Shown here: positions 40,701 through 50,822 of the stretch, piece after piece
Numbering within the stretch: position 1 is the stretch's first letter
How the letters are laid out: the number at the start of each line of letters is the position of its first letter
Assembly (NCBI GenBank): GCA_949741925.1
Contig: CATJOY010000029.1
Coordinates: forward strand, 4,185 to 68,184
Direction: 5' to 3'
DNA: 64,000 nt
DNA from: an uncultured Desulfovibrionaceae bacterium
GTDB lineage: Bacteria; Desulfobacterota; Desulfovibrionia; Desulfovibrionales; Desulfovibrionaceae
Notes under the pieces: generated by a model
Told to the model about the DNA's origin: nothing
The model's input: only the letters and a program-made list of their open reading frames with translations
Database searches by the model: none
Made by a program: the position numbers and the translations under genes

Positions 40701-40898
40701 GGGCGTGGCCACGGAAGCGGCCATGGTTTCCGGGCTGGCTCCGGAGAGCGTGGCCGTGACCGAGATGGTAGGGAAATCTACTGTGGGCAGATCCGCAACG
40801 GGCAGGAGGCGATACCCCATGACGCCGGCCAGAAGGATACCAAACATGATCAAGATGGTAGCCACCGGCCGTTTGATGAACAGAGCGGAAACGTTCAT
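37782..40898 (-). CDS. RND efflux transporter permease (AcrB/MdtB/MdtC family, 1038 aa)
   Basis: Starts MNVSALFIKRPVATILIM. Has the 12-TM, two-large-loop architecture and VVDDAIVMLENIVRH. Confidence 0.95.
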   Translation of the reverse strand: MNVSALFIKRPVATILIMFGILLAGVMGYRLLPVADLPTVDFPTISVTATLSGASPETMAASVATPLEKEFSTIAGLDSMTSSNSLGTTRITLQFDLSRDIDSAAQDVQSALSRVQRRLPSDMTSPPSFRKVNPADFPVYFISVSSPTLRLSDVNEYAENFIAQRLSMVNGVAQVMVYGSRKYAVRVQVDPQAMAARGIGIDDVGKALRSGNVNLPVGTMEGPYMEYTLQSSGKLMNAADYRPLIVAWRNGAPVRLQEIAKVIDSVENTRRMSWFDGRPGVTLAVQRQPGTNTVAVVDAVKEVLPSLREQIPGSIIMEPFYDRSVSIRESVADVKFTMVLTVCLVILVIFLFLRNLSATVIPSLALPLSVVGAFAVMHLAGFSMNNLSLMALTLAVGFVVDDAIVMLENIVRHMEQGKSPLQAALDGSKEIGFTIISMTISLAAVFIPVLFMGGIVGRLFHEFAVTITASILISGFVSLTLTPMLSARFLRPGHHNNQQAGFSGFMERLFDGGLHLYRLSLEFVLRHSFITLIFSFALLGVTAWLFIIAPKGFLPTEDTGQININTEGIQGSSFENMVEHQMKLAKIIAADPAVEHFMTSVGPSGAQPFGNAGSFMVRLKDLAQRDHATEVVARLRRQFAQVPGIRAYPVIPPPIRIGGSSSRSLYQFTLQSLNSDALYSSAAAFTEAVSRLPQVQDVATDLQVRNPEVRITIDRDKASSLGITAEQLEDALAWAYGTREVTTIRAATNDYPVILTVEPSFQQDLSALSLLYVRSPGGDALVPLSTLVKAETGVGPMAMNHSGQLPSVTVSFNLAPGWSLGQAVDAVQTLADNMLPASVSTSFMGTAQAFRDSFSNLWLLLVMAILVIYIVLGILYESFIHPLTILSGLPSAGLGALLTLLLFGKDLDIYAFVGIIMLIGIVKKNAIMMIDFALEARRNHGLSPAKAIFDGAIVRFRPIMMTTMAAIMGTLPIALGHGAGAESRQPLGLAVVGGLLVSQLLTLYFTPVYFIYLEALQQKLSRLFQHTTWNDETPSAAK

Positions 40899-42034
40899 GG
40901 GGCGGGCCTGGCCGCTTCGGCCCCGGCCTGGGGATTTCTGAGCGTTACGGAAGCGCCGGGGGCAAGATTGATCTGGCCGTCGATGACCACGGTTTCCCCT
41001 TCGGCAAGCCCTTTTTCAATCATCAGTCGTCCTTGGCCGAGCTGTTGCACGGCAACGTCGCGCGCCTCCACGGTGAGATCATCTTTGACAACATAGGCAT
41101 AGGGACCGGAAATGCCTTCCAGCACAGCCGAAGAGGGGAGAACCAGGGCCCCCCGCACTTCAGCAAGATCAAGGGTGATACGGGTGAACTGGCCCGGCCA
41201 AAGGCGTTGGTCCTCGTTGGGAAAGGTAGCTTCAAGACGGATGGTGCCGGTGGCGATATCTACGGTGTTGTCTATGCTGGTCAGCTTGCCTTTGGCGGGG
41301 GGCTTGGCGTCGCCTTCGGGGCTGGCGCTGACGGTCATGCCCCGGGTACCGAAGTATTCGCGGATTTCGGGAAGGTAGCGTTCAGGCACGGCAAAACCGA
41401 TTTTGGCCGGGGAAAGGGTTTTGATGGTCAGCAGCGAGCGTTCATCGTTGGCTTTGACCACATTGCCTGTATCTACAAAAATCTCGCCGACCCGGCCGGA
41501 AACCGGCGCTTTGATAGTGGCATACTCCAGTTGCAACATGGCCGAGGCCAACGCGGATTCATCCTGGGCCACGGCAGCCTTTTGGGATTGGGCGTCGGTT
41601 ACGGCCTGATCGTATTGTTCCCGGCTGACGGCATCCTGTTTGACCAGCCTGGCGAAGCGGGCCATATCTTCTTCGGCCTTTTTGAGGAGAACTTGGTTTT
41701 TGTTGAGCCGGGCCTTGACTTCGTTGACCACGGCTTCAAAAGGGCGGGGGTCAAGGCGAAAGAGGATGTCTCCTTCGTGTACATCTTGGCCGGCCCGCAC
41801 GCGGGTTTCAATGATCTGCCCGCCAACCTGGGGGGTGACAGCCACGCTGGCGGCCGGCTGTACGTTGCCCACTGCAGAGAGGGTCCGGGCGATATCCTCG
41901 CGTATGACTTTGGCCGTGAGCACCGGGGTGGCCCTGCGTTCAGCCGGGCCGGTCTGCTTGCTGTCGGAACAGGCAACGAGCGAAAAAATCAGACAGAGTA
42001 TCAAGAAGAGCCGGAAAAGATCGCGTATGTTCAT
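40895..42034 (-). CDS. RND efflux periplasmic adaptor (membrane fusion protein), lipoprotein
   Basis: Lipobox LVAC|S with biotinyl-lipoyl-like and beta-barrel segments. The stop overlaps the RND start (ATGA). Confidence 0.9.
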   Translation of the reverse strand: MNIRDLFRLFLILCLIFSLVACSDSKQTGPAERRATPVLTAKVIREDIARTLSAVGNVQPAASVAVTPQVGGQIIETRVRAGQDVHEGDILFRLDPRPFEAVVNEVKARLNKNQVLLKKAEEDMARFARLVKQDAVSREQYDQAVTDAQSQKAAVAQDESALASAMLQLEYATIKAPVSGRVGEIFVDTGNVVKANDERSLLTIKTLSPAKIGFAVPERYLPEIREYFGTRGMTVSASPEGDAKPPAKGKLTSIDNTVDIATGTIRLEATFPNEDQRLWPGQFTRITLDLAEVRGALVLPSSAVLEGISGPYAYVVKDDLTVEARDVAVQQLGQGRLMIEKGLAEGETVVIDGQINLAPGASVTLRNPQAGAEAARPAP

Positions 42035-42595
42035 GCTGTGCTGTAACCTTATCTGAAAACAAAAAATATCGTTCTGGCCTTATGGGCTGCCTTAGGTAAC
42101 CCGTCGAGATTTGCGCTGCCGGGTCGGGAAAAACTTTTCCCGAGCGGTTTTTATCCGGTATGCCGGACGGTGTGCCACGTGCCGCCCGCCGCCGCGGGCC
42201 GGGGGAACGTTGAGGAATCGTGCGCGCAGCCTGCCGGGCAACGAGCAGGAGGATTAAGGGGAAAGCCTCCGGGCGCTTACCGTATTGCAGAGTGCAAAGT
42301 CGTATCGCGGAAGGGTGTTTGATGCACTGTTCCCGGAGATTCCACTTTGAAAAAACGGCCGCGGCGCACCATCGGGCACAACGCCGTAGTGGCAACCGGC
42401 AAGCTCGGGATCGTATCTCTTTAAACTGGAAAAGTACACTGGATCAGGCAGATTTTCCAGTGCAAAAAACTATGGTCGGGGGCTTCTTTGAAAGAGATGT
42501 CTTTGGATGCGGGGTGTTGCCCACACTTCGCCGGGGGATGCTGCCCCAGCCCTCCGGACCGGCGTCCGGAAGGCTTAGGGGAACGGGCTCTTTCA

Positions 42596-43669
42596 TCAAA
42601 AGCGCTTGACCGGCAGATGGCAGGGCCTGCCGGGATGTTTGGCAAGGAAGTCCTGGTGGTATTCTTCAGCCGGATAAAAATCCGTTGCCGGAAGGAGTTC
42701 AGTAACTACGTCGTAGCCTTTGGCTCGTAAAAGGTCGATGAGCTTTTCCGCCGTCTTTTTTTCTGTTTCGTCTCCGTAAAAGATCACGGATCGGTACTGA
42801 CTGCCCACATCGGGCCCTTGGCGGTCGCGCTGGGTGGGATCATGGAGTTCAAAGAACAGCTTGGCCAACTGTTCGTAACTCACCTTGGAAGGATCGTAGC
42901 GAACCCGCACTGCTTCGGCGTGTCCCGTGCCGCCTGTACAAACTTGCTCGTAGCTCGGGTTGGGCACGCTTCCGCCGCTGTAGCCGGATTCCGCATCGAG
43001 CACGCCGGGAGTCAGGCTCAAGATGTGCTCCACGCCCCAGAAGCAACCTCCGGCAAAAATCGCCGTAGCGGTCTTTTGGGGTTGCGGGGGCTGTTCGCTT
43101 TGGTCTTCCGCGTTGCGGGAAGCCGGAGAGGAAGCAGGGTGGTCATCCCCGGGCACAAAGCGCATGGAAAGGGAATTGACGCAATGGCGGGTATTTTTCG
43201 GCGTAAAGCCCTCTCCCTTGAAGACATGGCCCAGATGGCCGCCACAGGAGGCGCAGGTTATTTCTATCCGGTGCCCGTCGGCATCGGGTTGTTCGCGCAC
43301 GGCCTTGGGCAGGGCGTCATCAAAGGACGGCCAGCCGCAACCTGAATTGAACTTGTCTTTCGAGGTATAGAGGGGGGCTCCGCAGGCCCGGCAGATATAG
43401 ATTCCGGCAGCCTTTTGATCAAGATAGGCGCCGCTGTAAGGCGGTTCGGTCCCCTTGCGCAGGATGACGGCTTCTTCGGCCGGGCTGAGCGGGGGCATGG
43501 TTTGGTGGTGCATAATGGCCTCCAGGACCGCGTTTTTGCCGTCCGGCCCCGCAGGGGCTTCGGCGGCGGCCGCGTCGCTCAAAAGCAGCAACGCCGCGGC
43601 CAAGGCGCAAACGCGGGCAAGCATTGTGGTTAGGCTTCGATAATGGCGTATGCCGGTAGAGATAACCAT
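42596..43669 (-). CDS. msrAB: exported bifunctional methionine sulfoxide reductase MsrB-MsrA
   Basis: Signal MLARVCALAAALLLLSDAAAA|E. MsrB part: GIYICRACGAPLYTSKDKFNSGCGWPSF...HLGHVF...RHCVNS. MsrA part: AIFAGGCFWGVEH...GHAEAVRV...YHQDFL. Start is 43669 or 43624. Confidence 0.9.
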   Translation of the reverse strand: MVISTGIRHYRSLTTMLARVCALAAALLLLSDAAAAEAPAGPDGKNAVLEAIMHHQTMPPLSPAEEAVILRKGTEPPYSGAYLDQKAAGIYICRACGAPLYTSKDKFNSGCGWPSFDDALPKAVREQPDADGHRIEITCASCGGHLGHVFKGEGFTPKNTRHCVNSLSMRFVPGDDHPASSPASRNAEDQSEQPPQPQKTATAIFAGGCFWGVEHILSLTPGVLDAESGYSGGSVPNPSYEQVCTGGTGHAEAVRVRYDPSKVSYEQLAKLFFELHDPTQRDRQGPDVGSQYRSVIFYGDETEKKTAEKLIDLLRAKGYDVVTELLPATDFYPAEEYHQDFLAKHPGRPCHLPVKRF

Positions 43670-43706
43670 GATTCTCCTGTATTCTTGCGGCGAGGGCTTG
43701 AGGCGG

Positions 43707-45488
43707 TCAGCTAAGGGTTCGGGCGATTTTATCGACGTTAAGGCTGCGGGCCATGGCGTCGAAGATTTTTTTATAGCTGCCGTTGTTATGATACAGCTCT
43801 TCATGGGCGCCCGATTCCACAATACGCCCGCTCTCCATTACATAAATGCAGTCTGCGTCAATGATCTGGGAAATGCTGTGGGAGATGACGACCACGGTTC
43901 TTCCTTTTTTGATGGCGTCCATGCTGTTTTTGATCTGTTCTGTGGCCACGGCGTCCAGGCTGGCCGTGGGTTCATCCAAGAAAATGACGGGCGGATTTTT
44001 GAGAAACATTCTGGCAATGGCGATTTTTTGTTGCTGCCCGCCGGAAAGGGTCATGGCCGGGGTGGCGTAGCTCTGGGGCAGGGCCATGATCTGCTCATGA
44101 AGAAAGGCGCGTTTGGCGGCTTCCTCAATAGCTTCGGGCCGGGCTGAAGGATCACCGTAGCGGATATTCTCTTCCACGCTGCCGTTGAAGATATGGTTTT
44201 TTTGCAGCACAAGGCCGATATTGGCGCGCACAAAAGCCGTATTGTAGTCCTGAAGGGGAACGCCGTCTAAGAGAATGCTCCCGGAATCCGGGCGGTAGAA
44301 TGTATCCAGCAAATTGATCAGCGTGCTTTTGCCCGCTCCGGAGAGGCCCACCAGGGCCGTAATCGTGCCCGGCTCGATATCCAGATTGATATCGTGCAAG
44401 GTGGGGGCAGTGTTTTCCGGGTAAGTAAAGTTCACAGCCCTGAGTTGGAAACGGCCTTTGAGCTGCGCGGGGGCATAGGAGCCGGATTCTTCCACCTGGT
44501 GGCGGGCATCCAGAATTTCAAAAAAGCCTTCGGAATAAACCAGTGCGTCGTTCATTTGGTCGTAGATCAGATGCAAACGGCGGATGGGCGCGGAGACGTT
44601 GTTAAAGAGCAGGAGGTGGAACATAATGGCCCCGATGCTCATTTGACCGGTCAAGACAAAATAGGTGGTCAGGAGGATGATGCCCACGACTCCGATCTGT
44701 TCAACGAAGCTCTTGAGACCGTCAAAGAAAAAGTTGGTTTTGCGAATGCGCAGTTGAGCGCCGGTCAGATCGCTTTGCAAATGCATTTGCTTGGTTTCTT
44801 CAATATCTTCACGCAAAAATGATTTGATGACGGGGATGGATTCGAGAATACTTAAAATTCCCTGGCTTTTGCTTTCTCGAAGGGCTCTGATGGTTCGGCG
44901 GGAGCCCAAGAGCTTTTTGGCCTGTATCCGGCTGATAGAATAGTAGATGGGCACGGTACAGAAGGCCAGGAGGCCGACATAGATATTGGCGTTGAACATG
45001 ATGGCGAGGGCCACAAGGGAATTGGCGAAAAGCGGCAGGATATCGATGAAAAAATTCTGCACCAGGCGGGTCAAGCTTTCTATGCCCCGATCAATGCGGG
45101 TCTGGAGCTTGCCGGGCTGATTGCCGCTGGAACTGTAAAACGCCAGTTTGTAGGTTAAAATTTTTTCGATAACGGTTTGAGCCAGATCCCTGGAGATCAG
45201 GATGCGCAGCCGCTCGCCGTAATATTTCTGGCCAAACTGGATAACGACGTTGAGCAGTTCTTTACTGACGAGGATGCCGGTAATGAGAAAGAGGAGGCCC
45301 AGACCATCGATCAGCGATTTATGTTCATCTAACAGGGTGCTGATGGAATCCACAGTGTAACGGAGAACCCAGGCGTTGACCTGGGCCGTTAGGGAACCGA
45401 GGAAGGTTAAGCCCAGGGCCAGCGCCACCAGGCGGCGGTAAGGGCGGACATACGGCCTGAGGTTCCGGAAAAGCCGAGCCAGGGTCAT
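43707..45488 (-). CDS. fused permease/ATPase ABC exporter (type I exporter, MsbA/CydDC-like, 593 aa)
   Basis: Six N-terminal TM helices, Walker A GLSGAGKST, signature LSGGQQQKIAIAR, Walker B IFLDEPTASLD. Confidence 0.9.
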   Translation of the reverse strand: MTLARLFRNLRPYVRPYRRLVALALGLTFLGSLTAQVNAWVLRYTVDSISTLLDEHKSLIDGLGLLFLITGILVSKELLNVVIQFGQKYYGERLRILISRDLAQTVIEKILTYKLAFYSSSGNQPGKLQTRIDRGIESLTRLVQNFFIDILPLFANSLVALAIMFNANIYVGLLAFCTVPIYYSISRIQAKKLLGSRRTIRALRESKSQGILSILESIPVIKSFLREDIEETKQMHLQSDLTGAQLRIRKTNFFFDGLKSFVEQIGVVGIILLTTYFVLTGQMSIGAIMFHLLLFNNVSAPIRRLHLIYDQMNDALVYSEGFFEILDARHQVEESGSYAPAQLKGRFQLRAVNFTYPENTAPTLHDINLDIEPGTITALVGLSGAGKSTLINLLDTFYRPDSGSILLDGVPLQDYNTAFVRANIGLVLQKNHIFNGSVEENIRYGDPSARPEAIEEAAKRAFLHEQIMALPQSYATPAMTLSGGQQQKIAIARMFLKNPPVIFLDEPTASLDAVATEQIKNSMDAIKKGRTVVVISHSISQIIDADCIYVMESGRIVESGAHEELYHNNGSYKKIFDAMARSLNVDKIARTLS

Positions 45489-45857
45489 GGCCTTATCCTG
45501 GCCGTGATGTGCTCCCCTGCCGGGGGGTGGTGGGCAAGCCGTTTCCTTCGTAAAAAGCCGAAGGGATTCCCCCGGTAGAGAAGAGGGAAAAAAGCGGATG
45601 GAGGCGTATCAGGCATACGCCGGGCTCGTTTTGTTTCGGCTGATGCCGCCGGGAGAAAAAGGGCGGCTTGACGGCAGGAACGTCGTGAGAAACAGCACGT
45701 GGACTCTGCTCCAACGCCGCAAGATAAGATACTGTTCATTGTGCGCGCCCTCGCAAAGAGCTTTCCGCCCGTTATGCGCCCCTTACGCAGACACGGCGCA
45801 TGGTCGGATCCTCAAGCGATAGCAAATTGCCTTTGGAGAGGCCATTCTTTTTGCAAC

Positions 45858-45890
45858 GAAAAAGGGCACAGGAACATTATTCCTGTGCCC
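45858..45890 (-). terminator. intrinsic terminator of the MCP gene
   Basis: gggcacagga-acattat-tcctgtgccc, followed on the minus strand by ttttt. Confidence 0.7.
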
Positions 45891-45972
45891 CGTAGGGATG
45901 GCCTGAGGCAGACATTTCCGGGTTTCGCCGGCCTCCAAGAGGGAAGCGGGCGTCGGCAATAATTACACAGGC

Positions 45973-48093
45973 CTAGCCCCGCTTCATGGCCTGGATCAAG
46001 TCCGTAAGCGCCTGGGCCTGTTGGCCGAGGTCGGAAATAGCTTGCGAAGCCTCATTCATAGCCCTGGCCACTTCACCCGCAATGGAACTCACTTCACCCA
46101 CGGAACGGTTGATTTCTTCGGAGGTTGCGGATTGTTGTTCGGCGGCGGTGGCGATTCCCCGGATCTGGTCGGCGGTTTGATCAGCCATGGATACGATTTC
46201 CTGAAGGGCTTCACCGGATTGCGCCGAATAGGCCGTGGTTTCTTCGATTACCTGGACGGCCTTATCCACCTGGATCACGCTTTTATCGGCGCTCTCCTGA
46301 ATTGCCTTGATGGCGTTGCCTACATCGGTGGTGGAAGCCATGGTTTTTTCCGCCAGCTTGCGCACTTCGTCGGCCACAACAGCGAAGCCTCTGCCGGCTT
46401 CGCCGGCTCGGGCCGCCTCAATAGCCGCGTTGAGTGCCAACAGGTTGGTTTGATCGGCGATATCCGAAATAACGCCCATGATTTGGCTGATAGATTGCGC
46501 ATGATGCGAGAGATCGGCCATATCCGACTTGAGCGCGAGCGATTCTTCCTGCACCTGGCGGATGCTTTCGATAGATTTGTGGACAATGGCCGCGCCTTCT
46601 TCGGCCTTGTGGCGCGTTTGGGAAGAAACTTCAGAGGTGACGCTCGCGTTTTTGGCAACTTCCAGCACGGTGGCGTTCATCTCTTCCATGGCTGTGGCTG
46701 TTTCCGATGCCACGGTAGCTTGCTGCTCAGCGCCTTTGCCGGATTGTTCGATCTGGGCCGAGAGTTCGCTGGAGGCGGAGGAAATGATGTTCACCACGCT
46801 TTCCAATTGTTCGGCGGCGGCCAGCATACCTTCTCGTTTGGCGTTTTCAGCGCGCCTGCCAGCTTCCTCAGCCCGGGCCATGGCTTCCTTGGCCTCCTCA
46901 GTGGCCTTTTGCGCTTCAGCGGAATTGCGGTGGGCTTCGGCGATATTTTCTTTCAAGCTGGCCACCATGCTACGCAGATCGTCGGCCAGCAGGCCGGTTT
47001 CATCATTGGTATGCACATCCAGTTCCCGCTCCAGGTCTCCCTGAGCTACGGCCTGGGCGAACATCTGGGTTTTTTTCAGGGGCCGGACTACCATGCGGGT
47101 GATGAGCGTTGAGAAAGCAATGCCTAAAAGCAGAACTACACCGAGGAGAATAGTATCTACCCGGGAGGAGGCGGCTAAGAATTTTTCCGCGCCGTTGACT
47201 GAGGTGACGCCGTTTTGAGTGGCAACTTGCGCCGCATCCTCGGCTTGATGGAAGAGATCCATATATAACCGGGTCCGCTCGTTCATCACCTGCACGCTAT
47301 CTAACTGCAAGGTGGCCAATGTATCCGCCAGCTTCGTAAAATTGTTGAAGGCGTTGCTGGCGTCGTCAAACATGTCGCGGCATTCCTGGCGGGCCAAATT
47401 GGCGCGAATGGGCTGAGCGGATTCCCTGAGGGCGGGCAGGCCTTTGAGCACAGAGGTGAACAGTTCAAGATCATTGTTGCGGTCGGCCACCAGGAGCTGC
47501 TCCAACACCATAGCCAGGCGGGCGTATAGATCGGCCGTGTCGCTCATATTTTTGCTGTATTGACGTACCCTGACCATATCGCCGGCAACCAGGAAGTCCA
47601 TTTGGGTCCGTCCCATGGTAGCGATCATAGTATTGAGTTTATGCAGGGCTGTGTTGGCGGCGGTAATAGCTTCGTTGGAAGTGCTGTTTATCTGATCGAT
47701 ATATTTTTTCCCTTCGCTGATGGCTTTTTCGTAGGCGCTCAGGTCTGCGTTGAAGCGGTCGAGAAAACGGTTGCTGTCGGCGTTGTGCCGGATCTGGTTC
47801 AAGGCCGCGAGGCCGGAAAGATCCTTCTTGAGAGCTGCCAGGTATTCCTGGCCTTGTTTGAAGGCGGTCTGGTCTGCGGTTTCAAAATAGACCCGCATGT
47901 TATAGGCCGCGAGCAGAAGATCGCTTTGGATATCGCTGTAGTAGACCATGCGCGGTACTTGATCCGAGGCAATGGTGGCAGAAACCTCAACCCCGTGGTT
48001 CATGGCCCGAATGGCTACAAAACCGACTATAAGAGTGAGCAAAAGAACAATGGAAAAGCCCACGCCGACTTTTTTCCCTAAGGTCAAATGCAT
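45973..48093 (-). CDS. methyl-accepting chemotaxis protein with large periplasmic sensor and HAMP domain
   Basis: Start MHLTLGKK (48093) follows aaggag. Signalling hairpin [41 protein letters not shown]. Confidence 0.93.
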   Translation of the reverse strand: MHLTLGKKVGVGFSIVLLLTLIVGFVAIRAMNHGVEVSATIASDQVPRMVYYSDIQSDLLLAAYNMRVYFETADQTAFKQGQEYLAALKKDLSGLAALNQIRHNADSNRFLDRFNADLSAYEKAISEGKKYIDQINSTSNEAITAANTALHKLNTMIATMGRTQMDFLVAGDMVRVRQYSKNMSDTADLYARLAMVLEQLLVADRNNDLELFTSVLKGLPALRESAQPIRANLARQECRDMFDDASNAFNNFTKLADTLATLQLDSVQVMNERTRLYMDLFHQAEDAAQVATQNGVTSVNGAEKFLAASSRVDTILLGVVLLLGIAFSTLITRMVVRPLKKTQMFAQAVAQGDLERELDVHTNDETGLLADDLRSMVASLKENIAEAHRNSAEAQKATEEAKEAMARAEEAGRRAENAKREGMLAAAEQLESVVNIISSASSELSAQIEQSGKGAEQQATVASETATAMEEMNATVLEVAKNASVTSEVSSQTRHKAEEGAAIVHKSIESIRQVQEESLALKSDMADLSHHAQSISQIMGVISDIADQTNLLALNAAIEAARAGEAGRGFAVVADEVRKLAEKTMASTTDVGNAIKAIQESADKSVIQVDKAVQVIEETTAYSAQSGEALQEIVSMADQTADQIRGIATAAEQQSATSEEINRSVGEVSSIAGEVARAMNEASQAISDLGQQAQALTDLIQAMKRG

Positions 48094-48744
48094 CGCGTTT
48101 CTCCTTGACTGAACGCATGAACATGGCCGAACCTTCATTACCGGCCCGGTTATTTTTACAAAGGAAGGCCCCTCCGAAAGATGGGCAGCCCCTGGAATCC
48201 ACTATGACGAGCTATCGGCAACTTTACTCGAAACCTTAGATTACTTCGATTTTTTCAGACAAACCGTGCAGCGAACTTCCGGAACCGCCGGACAGCACGC
48301 CACTCCCCCTTGCACTCCCGCCCGCCGGGGGGCACGGGATGATAACGTTCTCTTCCTGATACGCTTTGTTATAAAAATTGCTGAATACTATGCCGGATCA
48401 TTTTTATTTTCAACAGATATAGGGTGAACAGTTTGTTTTCATTCTTGTCTGGCGCTGTGCTCGGAGGCCGGTTCGGCGCGCTGGCAGGCCCGACCCGGGG
48501 GCTATTTTCTCAAAGGGGTTTACTGCTAAGCCGCCTTTTCCCCTGGAGAGGCATAGCCGAAAAAACGAGTGCGGCGTAGCGTTATGAACACCTTTGCTAA
48601 CTTTTTCCGGCATTCTTGCCAAGGAAAACCATTTTTGTAGGAAAATGGCATGTACGGTTCATGAATACGCCGTCTGGAAAGAAAAATCATCCTGTAATAG
48701 CATAATAGGCGCACTATTTTGGGGAGGAACCTGCACAACATCGG

Positions 48745-48776
48745 TAAAAAAAGAGGCCTGCCCGAAGAGCAGGCCT
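48745..48776 (-). terminator. intrinsic terminator of kbp
   Basis: aggcctgc-ccgaaga-gcaggcct with the A-run aaaaaaag on the plus strand, which reads as a U-tract on the minus strand. Confidence 0.75.
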
Positions 48777-48802
48777 TCAAAAACCATGAGGGCATATCGT
48801 CC

Positions 48803-49243
48803 TTATTTCAGGGGCGGTATACGCAGAACCTGGCCCGGATAAATTTTATCCGGATGTTTGAGCATCGGGGTATTGGCTTCAAAGATGATATTGTATTGAT
48901 CGCCCTTGCCTTTGCCGTAGTTTGCTTCGGCAATTTTCCAGAGCGTGTCGCCTGATTTAACGGTATAAAATACCGATTCTTCGGCAGGGGAACTGACCGT
49001 GATGTCGTCGGTTTTGACTCCCGCAACGCCTGCATTGTTGCCAACGGCCAAGATGGCTTTTTCCAAGGTTGCCTGGTCTTTGACCGAGCCTTTCAGCACC
49101 ACTTGATCGCCTTCAACCTGGACCTGGATATCTTTGGTATCCAGCCCGTGTGAATCAAGGCTTTTTTTCAGCTCATCAGCTTTGGCCTCCCCGGTACCGA
49201 ATAGTTTTTCGCCAACATCTTTAAGAAAAGTAAATAGCCCCAT
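48803..49243 (-). CDS. kbp: BON-LysM potassium-binding protein Kbp/YgaU (146 aa)
   Basis: MGLFTFLKDVGEKLFG...YTVKSGDTLWKIAEANYG...IFEANTPMLKHPDKIYPGQVLRIP is collinear with E. coli YgaU. Confidence 0.9.
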   Translation of the reverse strand: MGLFTFLKDVGEKLFGTGEAKADELKKSLDSHGLDTKDIQVQVEGDQVVLKGSVKDQATLEKAILAVGNNAGVAGVKTDDITVSSPAEESVFYTVKSGDTLWKIAEANYGKGKGDQYNIIFEANTPMLKHPDKIYPGQVLRIPPLK

Positions 49244-49511
49244 AGTCGTCTCCTGTTGTGTAGCTTGATCGAGCAGTCCGCTGAACCACGCCTTCCATCG
49301 CGCGTTTCCCTTAGAATTTTCGGGTGCGGAGCCTGCCGGACACGGATAACGTAAAAACTATACCGCATGGGGACAAGGCTGGCAATGATAGGGAACGTGC
49401 GGCACTAAGAGAAGATGCACGGGCGAAGGCTTGGTTTTTGCTTTTTCAGTTTACAGGCCATGGTTGCTTTTCATACTATTGGTTATTGCTGAAACTGTAC
49501 AGGAGGCTGCT

Positions 49512-49841
49512 ATGTCGGAAGATAAATGGGAAATCTATCAGGATAAGAAAGGGGAATGGCGCTGGAGAAGAACCGCCTCAAACGGGAATATCGTGGGAGC
49601 GGCTACCGAAGGGTATGTAAAGGAGGCCGATTGTATTAAAAACGCCGAACGGTATGGGTATAACGGCAAATATAATCCCGCTGGATCTTGGGAATTTTAT
49701 GAGGATAAACGCGGCGAGTGGCGCTGGCGACATAAGGCGGTCAACACACAGATCATTATCGGCGCTTCCTCCGAAGGCTACAAGGGCAAGGCGGCCGCCG
49801 TGGCTAACGCGGAAAGGCATGGTTACAAAGCAACCGCCTAA
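49512..49841 (+). CDS. YegP/DUF1508 protein with two tandem DUF1508 repeats (109 aa)
   Basis: ATG at 49512 follows aggagg. WEIYQDKKGEWRWRRTASNGNIVGAATEGY and WEFYEDKRGEWRWRHKAVNTQIIIGASSEGY are the two repeats. Confidence 0.8.
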   Translation: MSEDKWEIYQDKKGEWRWRRTASNGNIVGAATEGYVKEADCIKNAERYGYNGKYNPAGSWEFYEDKRGEWRWRHKAVNTQIIIGASSEGYKGKAAAVANAERHGYKATA

Positions 49842-50006
49842 TGTCCGCGGCTGGAACGCGGCGTGGAGCCTGCGTTTTTCCTTGTTGTTGGCCGAGGATC
49901 GCCGGATTGTCACCAGACCTGATCCTGGTTTTTTTCAAAAAAATTGCGATCCGTTGAAAAGGGTGTTGACAAAGACAGAGGTTTGAGGCAGAAGGGGTTC
50001 TCCCGT

Positions 50007-50082
<76 letters not shown>

Positions 50083-50092
50083 GATTTTCACG

Positions 50093-50130
50093 AAGGCCCA
50101 TACTTTTTGTATGGGCCTTTTTCATTTTTT
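50093..50130 (+). terminator. intrinsic terminator after tRNA-Ala
   Basis: aaggcccata-ctttttg-tatgggcctt followed by tttcatttttt. Confidence 0.8.
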
Positions 50131-50822
50131 ACGCGACCATGTTTACGATGCTTTTTGAGCGGAATCCGCCTCTACGCTGCAACAGTTTGACGAGCCCTTT
50201 CGCGGGGATGGCGCTACGGTGCTTGCCGGGAGAGACCGTGATTTTCCGATTTCAAGCAGTTCACTTGTCCAATCCGCATTGTGCATCCAGTTTTTCAAAA
50301 ATTCTTTTTAGTCTTAGGAAATAGAGAGATTCCCCGATTTTTTTCTCCTATCTCTGGAGGAAATAGTGAGGCACGCAAACAGCATAAAAAAGGCTCCTCC
50401 AAAGAGGGGTACGGCTCTAAATAGGGCATACTGAAAGTTTTATTCTCTTAGATTTCCACAATTTTCATTATTTTATAAGTAGTTATGCCTATTTGAGGGG
50501 ATACTGCAAATAGAGCGTATTCACTGTGGCGCAAGAAACCGCTTGCCGCCTTCCGTCGGAATACCGTTTCAGCCTCTTTTCCGGGAGCGCGCTTTCCCGG
50601 CGTTTCACCTGAGATCGCTCAAGCCCGTACGCGATCGGCTGTTCAGCACGGTATGCCTAAGGGGGGGCGCCCTCTCCCTTTCCGAGTGTGTTGCCAAGGC
50701 GCTGCTTTCATAGGCATAAAATTTTTCATTTTTAAGGAAAATACATGGTTTTTTCCTGACATTGCTTTTTTAAAAATGCCCGAGTATAAATCCGTTTTTA
50801 TCAGTCTTTTTTAGGTAACAAT

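Noticed and set aside
50083-50822. Integrase gene or attachment-site repeat next to tRNA-Ala
   Set aside because: No integrase-like translation appears in any frame. I could not find a second copy of the tRNA 3' end by eye. It is kept only as a low-interest finding.
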